Assembly: GCA_965205015.1 (NCBI GenBank)
Contig: OZ242029.1
Location: 3,712,001-3,776,000 of the forward strand
DNA length: 64,000 bases
Origin: Candidatus Poribacteria bacterium
GTDB taxonomy: Bacteria; Poribacteria; WGA-4E; WGA-3G
Direction: 5' to 3'
How positions within the stretch are numbered: position 1 is the first letter of the stretch; each line of letters opens with the position of its first letter. This document shows, in pieces, positions 10,251-20,475 of the stretch. The position numbers were made by a program, and so were the translations under genes. The notes under the pieces are model-generated. The model searched no databases. It had not been told where the DNA came from and saw only the letters and a list, made by a program, of their open reading frames with translations.

Positions 10251-10546
10251 TTTTCAATTATCAGTTACAAGATATTTTTGACGGTATCAGAATCCTCCGT
10301 AACCGACGACTGACAACCTGTGTCGGATAGTTTAGAAGGTTGGAATATTGACAGGATGTGGAATGGAAAACTGGAAGAGATACAAGACGCGAGCGAGGTT
10401 GAAAAGGGTCTCCATCTGCCCTTTGAAATGGGAAGGCACAAGGTGGCATCGTGTTCAGCAGTTAGCACGCATCGGTAGGCGATCAGAAGACCCGTTATTC
10501 AATGGAAATCTCTTTAGCTGACAACTGATAACCGAAAACTGACGAC

Positions 10547-13362
10547 TATCACATTCCCTACGAACGGGAAGGCATATCCAAAGCATGGAATAACCAGGGA
10601 CAGGCTATCCAACAGTACTTGTTTCAATTCCCTACGAACGGGAAGGCATATCCAAAGGCACGAATTACTGATTGACTGTTATGAAAGGAAGTCGTCACGT
10701 TTCAATTCCCTACGAACGGGAAGGCATATCCAAAGGTCACGGCAGGGCTGATGCACTTTCCTACTCTAAACTGGTGTTTCAATTCCCTACGAACGGGAAG
10801 GCATATCCAAAGTTAGCAATCGTAGCAGGTGTATCGACGAAGGATGTTTCAATTCCCTACGAACGGGAAGGCATATCCAAAGTATCTCGTGTATTTTCAG
10901 TAATCCACATAAGCGTAAGTTTCAATTCCCTACGAACGGGAAGGCATATCCAAAGGAAAATGTTGGAGCGCAAGTGGATACCATCAAAAGCCGCATGTTT
11001 CAATTCCCTACGAACGGGAAGGCATATCCAAAGTTATCACGGTTAACGGCGTTGAATACACGATAACGTTTCAATTCCCTACGAACGGGAAGGCATATCC
11101 AAAGCCAAAGATGGCTGAACCGATTACGGACTTTCTAATGTTTCAATTCCCTACGAACGGGAAGGCATATCCAAAGTATCGCTTTTATTGCTAATTCTTC
11201 TTGACTTTCATTGGCAATGTTTCAATTCCCTACGAACGGGAAGGCATATCCAAAGGATCCATGCGAATGAGATCAAGAGCCGACCTCACTTCAAGTTTCA
11301 ATTCCCTACGAACGGGAAGGCATATCCAAAGGGATATCTTTAATGAGCCCGGGATGATCACAAAAGTGTTTCAATTCCCTACGAACGGGAAGGCATATCC
11401 AAAGTCCTAAAGGAGAATTGTAAAATGGCATCAACACCGACCGCGTTTCAATTCCCTACGAACAGGAAGGCATATCCAAAGAGTACAGCCAGCAGTTCTC
11501 TGGCGTCCACTGGTAGAATCGTTTCAATTCCCTACGAACGGGAAAGCATATCCAAAGTCAAAATTGCGGAGACGTGTTGGTGGAAAAAGACAAGTGAGTT
11601 TCAATTCCCTACGAACGGGAAGGCATATCCAAAGTATTACAATCTCAATTATCACAATTATCCTGAAAAGTTTCAATTCCCTACGAACGGGAAGGCATAT
11701 CCAAAGTCTACATAAACGACGGGCATCATGACCCCTATTAGGATGTTTCAATTCCCTACGAACGGGAAGGCATATCCAAAGTCAGTGTCTTGGGAAGATA
11801 TGCAGCATGGCTTTAGCATTGTTTCAATTCCCTACGAACGGGAAGGCATATCCAAAGCTCAGGTCAATGCAGTTTTTCACTCTACGCACGTTGAGATAGT
11901 TTCAATTCCCTACGAACGGGAAGGCATATCCAAAGAATGTTATTGACAACGAAAAAAGACGCTGGCATCATGTTTCAATTCCCTACGAACGGGAAGGCAT
12001 ATCCAAAGCTCTTAATCGTTACGGCGGATGCAAAGAAGCCAGAAGCGTTTCAATTCCCTACGAACGGGAAGGCATATCCAAAGTTGTTGCATTCCTCGCA
12101 GTAACGACCGCAACAGCAAAGAAGCCGTTTCAATTCCCTACGAACGGGAAGGCATATCCAAAGAACACCCGTTTACCCCGCAGCGAAAAAAAGTAAACTT
12201 ACTGTTTCAATTCCCTACGAACGGGAAGGCATATCCAAAGGGTAGTACTCTCTTATCCTTATTAAGAAAGTATACCGTTTCAATTCCCTACGAACGGGAA
12301 GGCATATCCAAAGAAGAGTATAGGAAGATTGAGGAAGAGGTGCGAAAGCAGTTTCAATTCCCTACGAACGGGAAGGCATATCCAAAGACCACACATCCCG
12401 GCTGGGGTCTCGTTTGGCAGTGCCACAGTTTCAATTCCCTACGAACGGGAAGGCATATCCAAAGCAAACCCTGTCCGGCGAAACTGCTCAACATAGAACT
12501 ATGAAGTTTCAATTCCCTACGAACGGGAAGGCATATCCAAAGTGGGCAGAAGAATTGGAAAGCGAACCCAAAGGAAGTTTCAATTCCCTACGAACGGGAA
12601 GGCATATCCAAAGATTAGGTCGTGTTGTCATCAGACTATCTTGGAAACAAGTTTCAATTCCCTACGAACGGGAAGGCATATCCAAAGTTAAAAAATAGAA
12701 GAAACGAGGGTTGCCGCCCTCAAAAGTTTCAATTCCCTACGAACGGGAAGGCATATCCAAAGACTGCGTTGCACCCCACCCTTGTTGTCATAAATTAATG
12801 AGTTTCAATTCCCTACGAACGGGAAGGCATATCCAAAGGCAGTCATTAGGGCTATTGCCACATTTCGAGTTTTCACTTGTTTGTTTCAATTCCCTACGAA
12901 CGGGAAGGCATATCCAAAGGGTGACGGAATAAAGGTCGTCCGGGAGCCCGGACAAAAGTTTCAATTCCCTACGAACGGGAAGGCATATCCAAAGTTAAAG
13001 GGTCTACGGGCATTAATTTTATGGATATCACTATTTGTTTCAATTCCCTACGAACGGGAAGGCATATCCAAAGTCAAAAAGGAGACTCTCATGGCAACCG
13101 CAACCGCGTTTCAATTCCCTACGAACGGGAAGGCATATCCAAAGGCTGAAAGTTCTCAATACCGATATGGAGCGTATCCAGTTTCAATTCCCTACGAACG
13201 GGAAGGCATATCCAAAGCTATAACTGCGATCCAGACCATCTGTTGATGCACCTGTTTCAATTCCCTACGAACGGGAAGGCATATCCAAAGTTTTTTATAA
13301 AAAGGAGAATAATCATGTTATTTGAGTTTCAATTCCCTACGAACGGGAAGGCATATCCAAAG
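10547..13362 (-). CRISPR. CRISPR array 1, 38 repeats / 37 spacers
   Basis: 37-bp repeat GTTTCAATTCCCTACGAACGGGAAGGCATATCCAAAG; the minus strand ends in ATTGAAAC; degenerate terminal repeat at 10547; leader on the right. Confidence 0.98.
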
Positions 13363-13630
13363 AGACCCCATTTTGCACCCAGTCGGGCCGTGGCTCCGGA
13401 TACCCCAAAACCAAACGCGAACTGCGCAGGGCTTTTTTTGCGCAAAAATTCATCCCTAAAATCCCACAAACCCTTATGAACATTGACCCAAACGCGATTT
13501 TTTAGCAAAATCGGTATGGAAGTCAGTCCACATCTATGTTCTTGGACGAATTAAGCCGTGCTGGAGTCCGAGGGATGAATCGTGTTTGTTTTTATAAGTA
13601 TACACAAAATTCGGAAAAATGTCAAATTTT
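13363..13630 (-). promoter_or_regulatory. CRISPR leader 1 with promoter
   Basis: Highly similar to 35546-35815; minus-strand TTGACA(13625-13620)-17 nt-TATACT(13602-13597). Confidence 0.85.
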
Positions 13631-13672
13631 TTGTATTCTTTTTAGGAATTACTAAGATTTTCTGAGTACTCC

Positions 13673-13701
13673 TTGACAAACAGGCTAACATCACTCATAA
13701 T
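13673..13701 (+). promoter_or_regulatory. Promoter of the cas2 operon, divergent from leader 1
   Basis: TTGACA-17 nt-CATAAT. Confidence 0.6.
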
Positions 13702-13735
13702 GATGAATATATCAGCGAAATGGAGGGTCAATTCG

Positions 13736-14011
13736 GTGTTCTACGTCATTTCTTACGATATTCCAGACAACCGGCGGCGCAATCAACTCGCCAAAGTCCT
13801 CAAAGGGTTCGGGACGCGAGTCCAATACAGTGTGTTTGAAGCACATCTCAACAGGACACAGTATGAAGAACTCAAACGCGCCGTTGCGCGTGTTATTAAT
13901 GCTTCCGAAGATTCAGTGCGCTACTATGCCCTCTGTGGGGCATGCGCGACGCGGATTGAAGTGCCAGCCCTCGGAGATGTAACCCCGGATCCGCAAACAA
14001 TTGTGGTTTGA
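13736..14011 (+). CDS. cas2: CRISPR-associated endonuclease Cas2
   Basis: YVISYDIPDNRRR...GTRVQYSVFE...DSVRYY; GTG start after GGAGG. Confidence 0.95.
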   Translation: MFYVISYDIPDNRRRNQLAKVLKGFGTRVQYSVFEAHLNRTQYEELKRAVARVINASEDSVRYYALCGACATRIEVPALGDVTPDPQTIVV

Positions 14012-14012
14012 T

Positions 14013-15425
14013 ATGCGACTCCCTGACCTCACGCTCGACCAAATCCGGCAACGGTGTACAGCACAGAGTTTCACGCGCGGCACGGAATACTTTCACGCCG
14101 GGATGATTGGAAACCCAATCTCTCAGGGTTATACATTGTCGGCAACATGTGAGGGGACAGACATAGATCCGTATCACGTCTCTGTGGAATTGATGCCGAC
14201 TGGAATCGCTACCACCTCTTGTTCGTGTCCTTATGCCGGTGACTCTGGCGGCCACGGGGATTGTAAGCATACCGTTGCGCTTTTGTTGACCTATGTCCAT
14301 ACACCCGATATCATCTCCTCTATCGATACCTTAATGACCATGCTCGCGGAAAAACCGAAGGAAAGTCTTTTACGCATTCTCTCAGAGGTGCTGAAACATG
14401 CACCAGAGGTGGAACCCGTTGTGCGAGTCTACGCCGATAGGTGTGACAAGGAAACGGAGACGACACCTACGGTGCTTCGCGTATATCTCGAACGGATTGA
14501 CTGCATCTTCGGGGACGGTTTTCTGGAACAGCATCAGCTTCGTAACGTCCTCATTCAACTTGAGAGGTTAGTAGAGCAGGCAGCATCGCTTTCAGAAATC
14601 GGAGAAACAGAACTCGCGCTGTCAATTCTTCACGCCTTGATACACCAATCCATCGTCCGTTATCCCGATACACTCCAGAAACAGGAATTACCGAGATTCG
14701 TTAAGAAATGCACAACGACGTTTGCGGAGATTGCTATGGAGGCGCGAGAATTGGATTCGGTAGGCCTCGGCATAGAAGTTCTGCCGGTTCCCTTACGTGA
14801 ACACTATCAGATGTTGTTGGCACTGAGCTTCGAGGCGGCACCCGTCTTCACACCGCTCCTGACACGCCTCCTTCAGCAGTGCTGCACTACGCCAGAATCG
14901 GCAGATTTACAAGCAACAATTGAACAACGGCTCGATGAAAGTCCCGATCGGCAGGCACATGTTCAACTCCTCTTTGCTTTGTCTCTCCAGTCCGGTAGCA
15001 TCGGAGAGTGTCTTCGGCTCGCACGCCGCGAAGGAGAAAATTATCTCCTGATCCATACGCTCTTCACACACCAGCAAGACGCTGCCGCATGGCAGGCACT
15101 CGAAACGCACCCTTTGTCGGTTGATGAACATTGGTGCCTTTTGGAAAGCCCGATTGCCACGCGTATTCCAGGGTTTACTGATAAATTGCTCATGTCCGTC
15201 AGGCATTACGACTCCGACACCGCGATTGCCCTATATCACAGACGCATTGAAAAGACCGTCCTTCCCCGAAAGCAGAAGGATTACAAAAAAACTCGGAACT
15301 ATCTGGCTGATTTACGGGAACTCTATGAGGCGTGTGATCAGGAAAGCCAGTGGACCTCGTACCTGACAACCTTCCGAAAACAGCATGCACGCAAACGCTT
15401 GCTGCTGCAAATAATTGATGTATAG
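14013..15425 (+). CDS. SWIM zinc-finger protein with long alpha-helical C-terminus
   Basis: SCSCPY...CKH (CxC-n-CxH) SWIM motif; ATG lies 1 nt after the cas2 stop. Confidence 0.8.
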   Translation: MRLPDLTLDQIRQRCTAQSFTRGTEYFHAGMIGNPISQGYTLSATCEGTDIDPYHVSVELMPTGIATTSCSCPYAGDSGGHGDCKHTVALLLTYVHTPDIISSIDTLMTMLAEKPKESLLRILSEVLKHAPEVEPVVRVYADRCDKETETTPTVLRVYLERIDCIFGDGFLEQHQLRNVLIQLERLVEQAASLSEIGETELALSILHALIHQSIVRYPDTLQKQELPRFVKKCTTTFAEIAMEARELDSVGLGIEVLPVPLREHYQMLLALSFEAAPVFTPLLTRLLQQCCTTPESADLQATIEQRLDESPDRQAHVQLLFALSLQSGSIGECLRLARREGENYLLIHTLFTHQQDAAAWQALETHPLSVDEHWCLLESPIATRIPGFTDKLLMSVRHYDSDTAIALYHRRIEKTVLPRKQKDYKKTRNYLADLRELYEACDQESQWTSYLTTFRKQHARKRLLLQIIDV

Positions 15426-15444
15426 CACGCCCCTGGAGCGGAAA

Positions 15445-15615
15445 TCTCCCTTTTTTTAAATTTTTTACTATCCTTTTTATCCCCTGTAGACTCTATACAA
15501 ATGTCCGTCCCTTGGTTATCCACTGCGCAAACTAACAGTTTACGCTACAAGAAGTCTCTTTTTTTAAATTTTTTGCTATCCTTTTTACCCATTGCAGACT
15601 CTATACAAACGTCTG
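15445..15615 (+). repeat. Imperfect ~60-bp direct duplication upstream of the RT
   Basis: TCTC(T)nAAA(T)n.CTATCCTTTTTA....TG.AGACTCTATACAAA.GTC at about 15445 and 15555. Confidence 0.75.
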
Positions 15616-15849
15616 ATCACTGTCTAATGAACCACCAACTCCTTTCTCACTTAACCTGCAACAATTCCTAAACCTTAAACGACTCTTCTGTCGAGTTTCA
15701 AATTAAAGGGATCTGTTTTCGTTTGTAGTAGGGCAATTCATTGCCCGTTTTGAACTTGCGAACGTGCGATAAATCGCACGACGACGAATCTTACCCTAAA
15801 AGTCAAAGTAGACGCATCACCAGCACACAGATAAACAGGAGGATTCCGA

Positions 15850-16406
15850 ATGTTCGATTACACACCGAGCCCTTCACTCTCCACACAACTCTGCGAACCT
15901 GAAACACTACATGATGCTTGGCGAAAAGTCCGGAGCAATAAAGGAAACCCCGGCATTGATGGGGTTACGATTCAACAGTTTGAGGTAAACCTGACAAAAC
16001 ATCTCCGTCAGCTCTCACGTGAACTCACTGAAGACCGGTATTATCCGCTTCCTGTTCAGAAGTTCACAATCAAAAAATCAAATGGCACCACCCGTGAGCT
16101 CTCTGTCCTGACGCTGAAAGATCGGATTGTTCAACGCGCCGTTTGTGATCTCATCAAAAAACAGAAATTGTGGACTTCAACACCGGGATTGAATTCCTTG
16201 GACACATCTTTGACAGGGACGGCTGTTACCAACCCGTTCCTGAGTCCCGGTCAAAAAGTTTACAGAATCAGGTCCAACGCGTCCTGAAAAATGGCGCAGC
16301 ACACGTCGTTCATTCTGGACAACATGTGACACAGCACGGAAAAAATATCGCCACGCACCTCAGTGAACGTCTCAAACGCGGAAACAATTCTCGTAGGTTG
16401 GGTTGA
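15850..16406 (+). pseudogene. CRISPR-associated reverse transcriptase (group II intron-like), internally deleted and frameshifted
   Basis: LHDAWRKVRSNKGNPGIDG (RT0), IKKSNG..RELSV..LKDRIVQRA (RT1-2), then in another frame KTEIVDFNTGIEFLGHIF (RT6-7); no YADD. Confidence 0.85.
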
Positions 16407-16638
16407 ACGGGACTGTGAAATACGATCCGTCCTTCAAACACCCAGCAAACACGGGATTCTGTTATAGGTCTTCACGGATGTAGTGAAACCCAACAGCTTA
16501 TACCGCTATATCCGTAGAAGCCTTACCGGAAAAGCGTTGGGTTTCGCTCTGTATTTCTAAAAGGGTAAGTATAGGAACCTAACACCAATAATGTTTAAAA
16601 GTGTAGGTTTCAGTGTTTATCCGCTCAACCCAACCTAC
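16393..16638. mobile_element. REP-doublet/MITE-like element with terminal inverted repeats
   Basis: GTAGGTTGGGTTGA ... TCAACCCAACCTAC ends and internal GAAACCCAAC / GTTGGGTTTC; supplies the stop codon of the RT remnant. Confidence 0.65.
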
Positions 16639-16718
16639 GGTGCAGTGTTTTAAATTGACACCTATGGGTTAAACGTGAGCGGAATCCAACGTCTCATTCC
16701 TTACTTAGGAGGTATCAA

Positions 16719-17711
16719 ATGGCAATTCTTTACATCACGCAACAAGGGGCAGTTCTCCACAAATCCGGCAACCGAGTCATTGTGAAAAAGGACCGCGATG
16801 TGCTTCAGGAAATCCCGATCGTCCAACTCGACGAGGTCGTCATTTTCGGGAACGGAAACATCACAACCCCGACAATAGGATACCTACTCCACAAAAACAT
16901 TCCTGTCTCTTTTCTCTCTTCACAAGGGAAATACAAAGGGAAACTTCAACCCCCTTATGCCAAGGACACCCTCATTCGGCAACATCAATACGCCGTTGCT
17001 GCGGATCCGACGCGGTGCCTTGAATTCGCCAAATGTTTCGTCCGAGGCAAACTCACGAACGCTATCCGATTCTCCCGACGGCAACGCTCCCAAAACGCCG
17101 AAGTGAAATCCACTCTGGATGCCGCCCATCAAACTTTGGAAAGACTGGAACGTGCCGAGAATTTAGAATCGCTGCTCGGATACGAAGGCACCGGCACCGC
17201 TGCCCATTACCGGGCATTCCGACAATTCTTGACACACGATTGGGGGTTCACCACGCGACAATTCCGACCGCCACCCGATCCAATTAACGCAATGCTTTCA
17301 CTCGGTTACACGCTCCTGCACAATCACGTCTATACCTTCATCAATGTGGTTGGGTTCGATCCATACTGCGGATACTTCCATCAACCCAGGCACGGACACG
17401 CCGCACTCGCCTCCGATCTCATGGAGGAGTTCCGACAAATCATCGTGGATGGTTATGTGCTTTCGCTCGTCAACAACAATCGTATCAGACCCGACGACTT
17501 TGAGCGAACCACCAAAGGCATCCGTTTTACCAAGGAGGCGTTGGATCGGTTCCTTGTTGGCTACTACGGGCGGATGCAACAGACGTTTCAACATCCAACC
17601 CGCAATGAGAAAACGACCTACCTGCGCTGTATTGAACTCCAGGTCCGGCACTTAGCGCACGTAATCACAGGCAAGGCCCCCACATATAAACCGTTTCTCA
17701 TCCGGACCTAA
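16719..17711 (+). CDS. cas1: CRISPR-associated endonuclease Cas1
   Basis: LYITQQGAVL, LLGYEG, RPPPDPINAMLSLGY, DPYCGYFH, LASDLMEEFR; AGGAGG RBS. Confidence 0.97.
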   Translation: MAILYITQQGAVLHKSGNRVIVKKDRDVLQEIPIVQLDEVVIFGNGNITTPTIGYLLHKNIPVSFLSSQGKYKGKLQPPYAKDTLIRQHQYAVAADPTRCLEFAKCFVRGKLTNAIRFSRRQRSQNAEVKSTLDAAHQTLERLERAENLESLLGYEGTGTAAHYRAFRQFLTHDWGFTTRQFRPPPDPINAMLSLGYTLLHNHVYTFINVVGFDPYCGYFHQPRHGHAALASDLMEEFRQIIVDGYVLSLVNNNRIRPDDFERTTKGIRFTKEALDRFLVGYYGRMQQTFQHPTRNEKTTYLRCIELQVRHLAHVITGKAPTYKPFLIRT

Positions 17712-17777
17712 GGGGCCACTTTGTAGTATAATCTTTAGATTGAGTCTCCTATGAACACGCATAAGAAATAAATCTGA

Positions 17778-17850
17778 GGAATGGAAGGATGGAAGATAGG
17801 AAGCATGGGGAACACCCTCTCCTTCTTCCACGCTTCCACTCTTCCAACCC
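17778..17850. repeat. GGAAG/CTTCC octamer palindromic element
   Basis: (TGGAAGNN)n arm and (CTTCCANN)n arm; related copy at 58542-58616. Confidence 0.65.
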
Positions 17851-18100
17851 ATCTGAAACCTAAATATCGCTTGGGATGAGTATAGCCGTCTGGTGGCACT
17901 GGCTGAGAAGTGGAAGCAGTTGGGATGCTCGCACAAATGGTTGGATACACCCCGGAAAAATCGAGTGGCGTGTTTCCTTCGGTGGCACAGGAACAACGCT
18001 CTACGGCGTGAAGATAGGCTTGGAAAAGGCATGCCCGGGGCCCCTCGAAAACGGTACCCCAGAAACGTGTATTCTCCAAATATTTGCAAGGTATCAAATT

Positions 18101-18301
18101 ATGCCTGAATTCATCACTTCCCCAATATTTTTGATAATCGCAGCAATACTCGGCATATTTCTCCTAATCGCTATTATCAAGGGAGCGGTCCGCCTCTTCA
18201 TCTGGCTCGCGATTATTGCTGTGCTCCTTATCGGTCTCGGCATTACCACACAAACCGAGCTGCGCGAGTGGTTCGAGAATCTCCTCAAAAGTATACAGTG
18301 A
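18101..18301 (+). CDS. Small two-helix membrane protein
   Basis: 66-aa ORF from ATG 18101 with two hydrophobic stretches. Confidence 0.6.
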   Translation: MPEFITSPIFLIIAAILGIFLLIAIIKGAVRLFIWLAIIAVLLIGLGITTQTELREWFENLLKSIQ

Positions 18302-18340
18302 CGGGCGGTGCGACTCAGCGCGTCGTTCTTCATCCATCTC

Positions 18341-19320
18341 TCAATCCACCTCGCGATCGGATCTGATGCGGTAGTGTCCGTATCCAAACGCAGTGTGATG
18401 CCCGATATGCAGATGTTCACCGAGGCAAATAAACGGCAGAAAAGGTGCCAACTCGCCTTTAAACCGGATGTTACCCATGAATCCGTTCATCGGAACCCTT
18501 GCTTTCGCGCGGTGAGAGTAGCGCCCGCGCTGCAGCCACTGTAAACGGGATGTATGCCTGACGGACTGTGCCGCCTCGATTAAAGCGCGGGCATCTACCT
18601 CTGTATCCAAGTCTTCCTCACAATGAAAATAATTGAGGAAACGGATGCGCCGGAGCAGATTCCGGATGAGGTGTTCAAACGTCATAGTGCGTGCCCAGTG
18701 TCCGTTGATCTTGATACTCGTGAGTGTGAGAAACGCCAATTCAATCTCGTCCGTGACGTGCGGGGCGGCTTGCATCACATCGTCAAGTCGAAGAACGATG
18801 CCGTCATCTGTCAGCATCTCGGTCTCCGCTGTGAAAATTGTCTGAGGTTGATCGCTACCGCGCCCAGGCAGGCTTTCGACGCGAGTGAGTTGACACTGCC
18901 CGCGTTTGTCCTGGAGTCCGATCCTGCGTTTCCCCATCTGATCAAAGGTAAACACCATCCACGGTAACAGATGGATTGCCTCACCGATGAGCGTCAAGTT
19001 GCAAGTGAAGGTATCGCCCGGTGCAAAGTCCGATTTCCCAGTGTGTGGGGGTTCAAGGATAAAGGGGTGTGGTGCATACGTTTGACCTCGGAGCATTGGA
19101 CTCTCGTCTGGGACAGGCGTTTCAAAGCATTTAGAATAGACGCACCGTTCTGGGAACTGGCACCGTTCCTCACATTCCTGTGTAGTGCCGACGCAGGTGA
19201 TGTGGCGCAGGATATACCCGAATCTTCCCCGGAATACGTTGCCTTTGTAGAACGGCATCTTCAGCGGTTCTTGGACGGTGTAAGTGAAGCGGTAACGTGC
19301 AAAGCGAAAGTTTTGAGCAT
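18341..19320 (-). CDS. cas6: Cas6 pre-crRNA endoribonuclease with an apparent 1-bp frameshift after codon 2
   Basis: FRGRFG, C-x6-C-x3-C-x5-C cysteine cluster, PHPFI, C-terminal GEHLHIGHHTAFGYG loop; the open frame extends to NFRFARYRFTY but ATG 19320 is out of frame; first in-frame ATG is 19258. Confidence 0.88.
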
Positions 19321-19327
19321 AGCGTAT

Positions 19328-20425
19328 TCACGCCCAACCGAAGGCAGTGCGGACGTATTGATGAAACCTTTGCTGGAGGTAATACCACATATCTTTTCCC
19401 CAGATTTCTAAAGATGGGCTTGAATGCCCTGTCTCTTCTTTCAATTCGGCTTGGATAAGCTGCTGTGCTTTTCGCGAAGCCCTGCACAACACGATGGCAC
19501 GTGCTTCAATACCGCCAAGTTGCCGCATCCGTAAAATAGCCTCCATCCCTTTTTGCTTCACCAGGGCGTGTTCCCGGGCAAGGGTGCATGAAACGACAAT
19601 GGTTTGGTATCCGAGTACTGCCACTACATCAAGTTCAAACGGTTTTACACTTGCGTCTGGGGCATCAGCTCGCCGGACATATACTTTATGGAAAAGTCTA
19701 TAGTTGTCTCGATCTGAGCACTGTCGAGAGATGTCTGCTAAAGCATGTTGAAAGGCAGCATACGCCCCATACTCAAGCAATTCGGGGCTCGTGAAATATC
19801 CGCTGCGGAGTGCTGCCCTACCCTGAGTCACCTGTTCAGCACTGAGGGTTCCGGGAGCAGGACAATTTCTCGTTCGATTGTTACCCGATTCATCCGAGTA
19901 ATCGTAAGGAAATGGCCCGAGTTCGAAACCGTTGAGTTCGGCAATCCGCCGCAAACATGGCTCGATTCCTTTACGAGTATCTGAGACTAAGGCATTTCCG
20001 TTCCGGTCCATGAGGGTTGCGCCTGCGTCGGCACGTGGATCCAGATAGGAGGTTTCTATATCCATATTTCGTGATAAAACCGAAACCTGAATATTTTCTG
20101 CTGCAGCGACGGTTTCAACGCACATCACCTTCGTACCACCGGTATAATGCACGTGAATGCAAGTGGTATTATCCGGTAGATTGTGTATGAGATTCTGGGT
20201 TATGTCGTCGCGTACGGTAGATGGATTTCCCGACACCGTTTCGACCGTGTCAATAGGGAATGCAGCGCGGCTATATTTCAGGAGTCGGTCTCGTTCGGGG
20301 CTTGTTTCTTTCGTATGCACAAGTCGTACATGGATAGGGTGTCGCAGGTTATATTTCAAATGGTGGAGAGCCACCCAGACAGGTAATGGATTGGTGCCAA
20401 CTGTTAGCATGAGGAGTGTTTCCAT
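19328..20425 (-). CDS. CARF + PD-(D/E)xK-like nuclease (Can2/Card1, DUF1887-like)
   Basis: LTVGTNPLP and HYTGGTKVM CARF motifs; C-terminal FELDVVAV...VSCT. Confidence 0.75.
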   Translation of the reverse strand: METLLMLTVGTNPLPVWVALHHLKYNLRHPIHVRLVHTKETSPERDRLLKYSRAAFPIDTVETVSGNPSTVRDDITQNLIHNLPDNTTCIHVHYTGGTKVMCVETVAAAENIQVSVLSRNMDIETSYLDPRADAGATLMDRNGNALVSDTRKGIEPCLRRIAELNGFELGPFPYDYSDESGNNRTRNCPAPGTLSAEQVTQGRAALRSGYFTSPELLEYGAYAAFQHALADISRQCSDRDNYRLFHKVYVRRADAPDASVKPFELDVVAVLGYQTIVVSCTLAREHALVKQKGMEAILRMRQLGGIEARAIVLCRASRKAQQLIQAELKEETGHSSPSLEIWGKDMWYYLQQRFHQYVRTAFGWA

Positions 20426-20475
20426 GAGAGCAGTTTCCTCCGTTTTCCTACAAATTTTTGCCTTTGGCTGCAACT

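Noticed and set aside
10672-13479. ORFs with repeated FQFPTNGKAYPK / VSIPYEREGISK peptides
   Set aside because: Translations of CRISPR array 1 repeats, not genes.
15620-16720. RT as an active group II intron, retron or DGR
   Set aside because: No YADD, no maturase domain, no recognisable intron ends, template/variable repeat pair or msr-msd. The position before cas1 fits a CRISPR-linked RT better.
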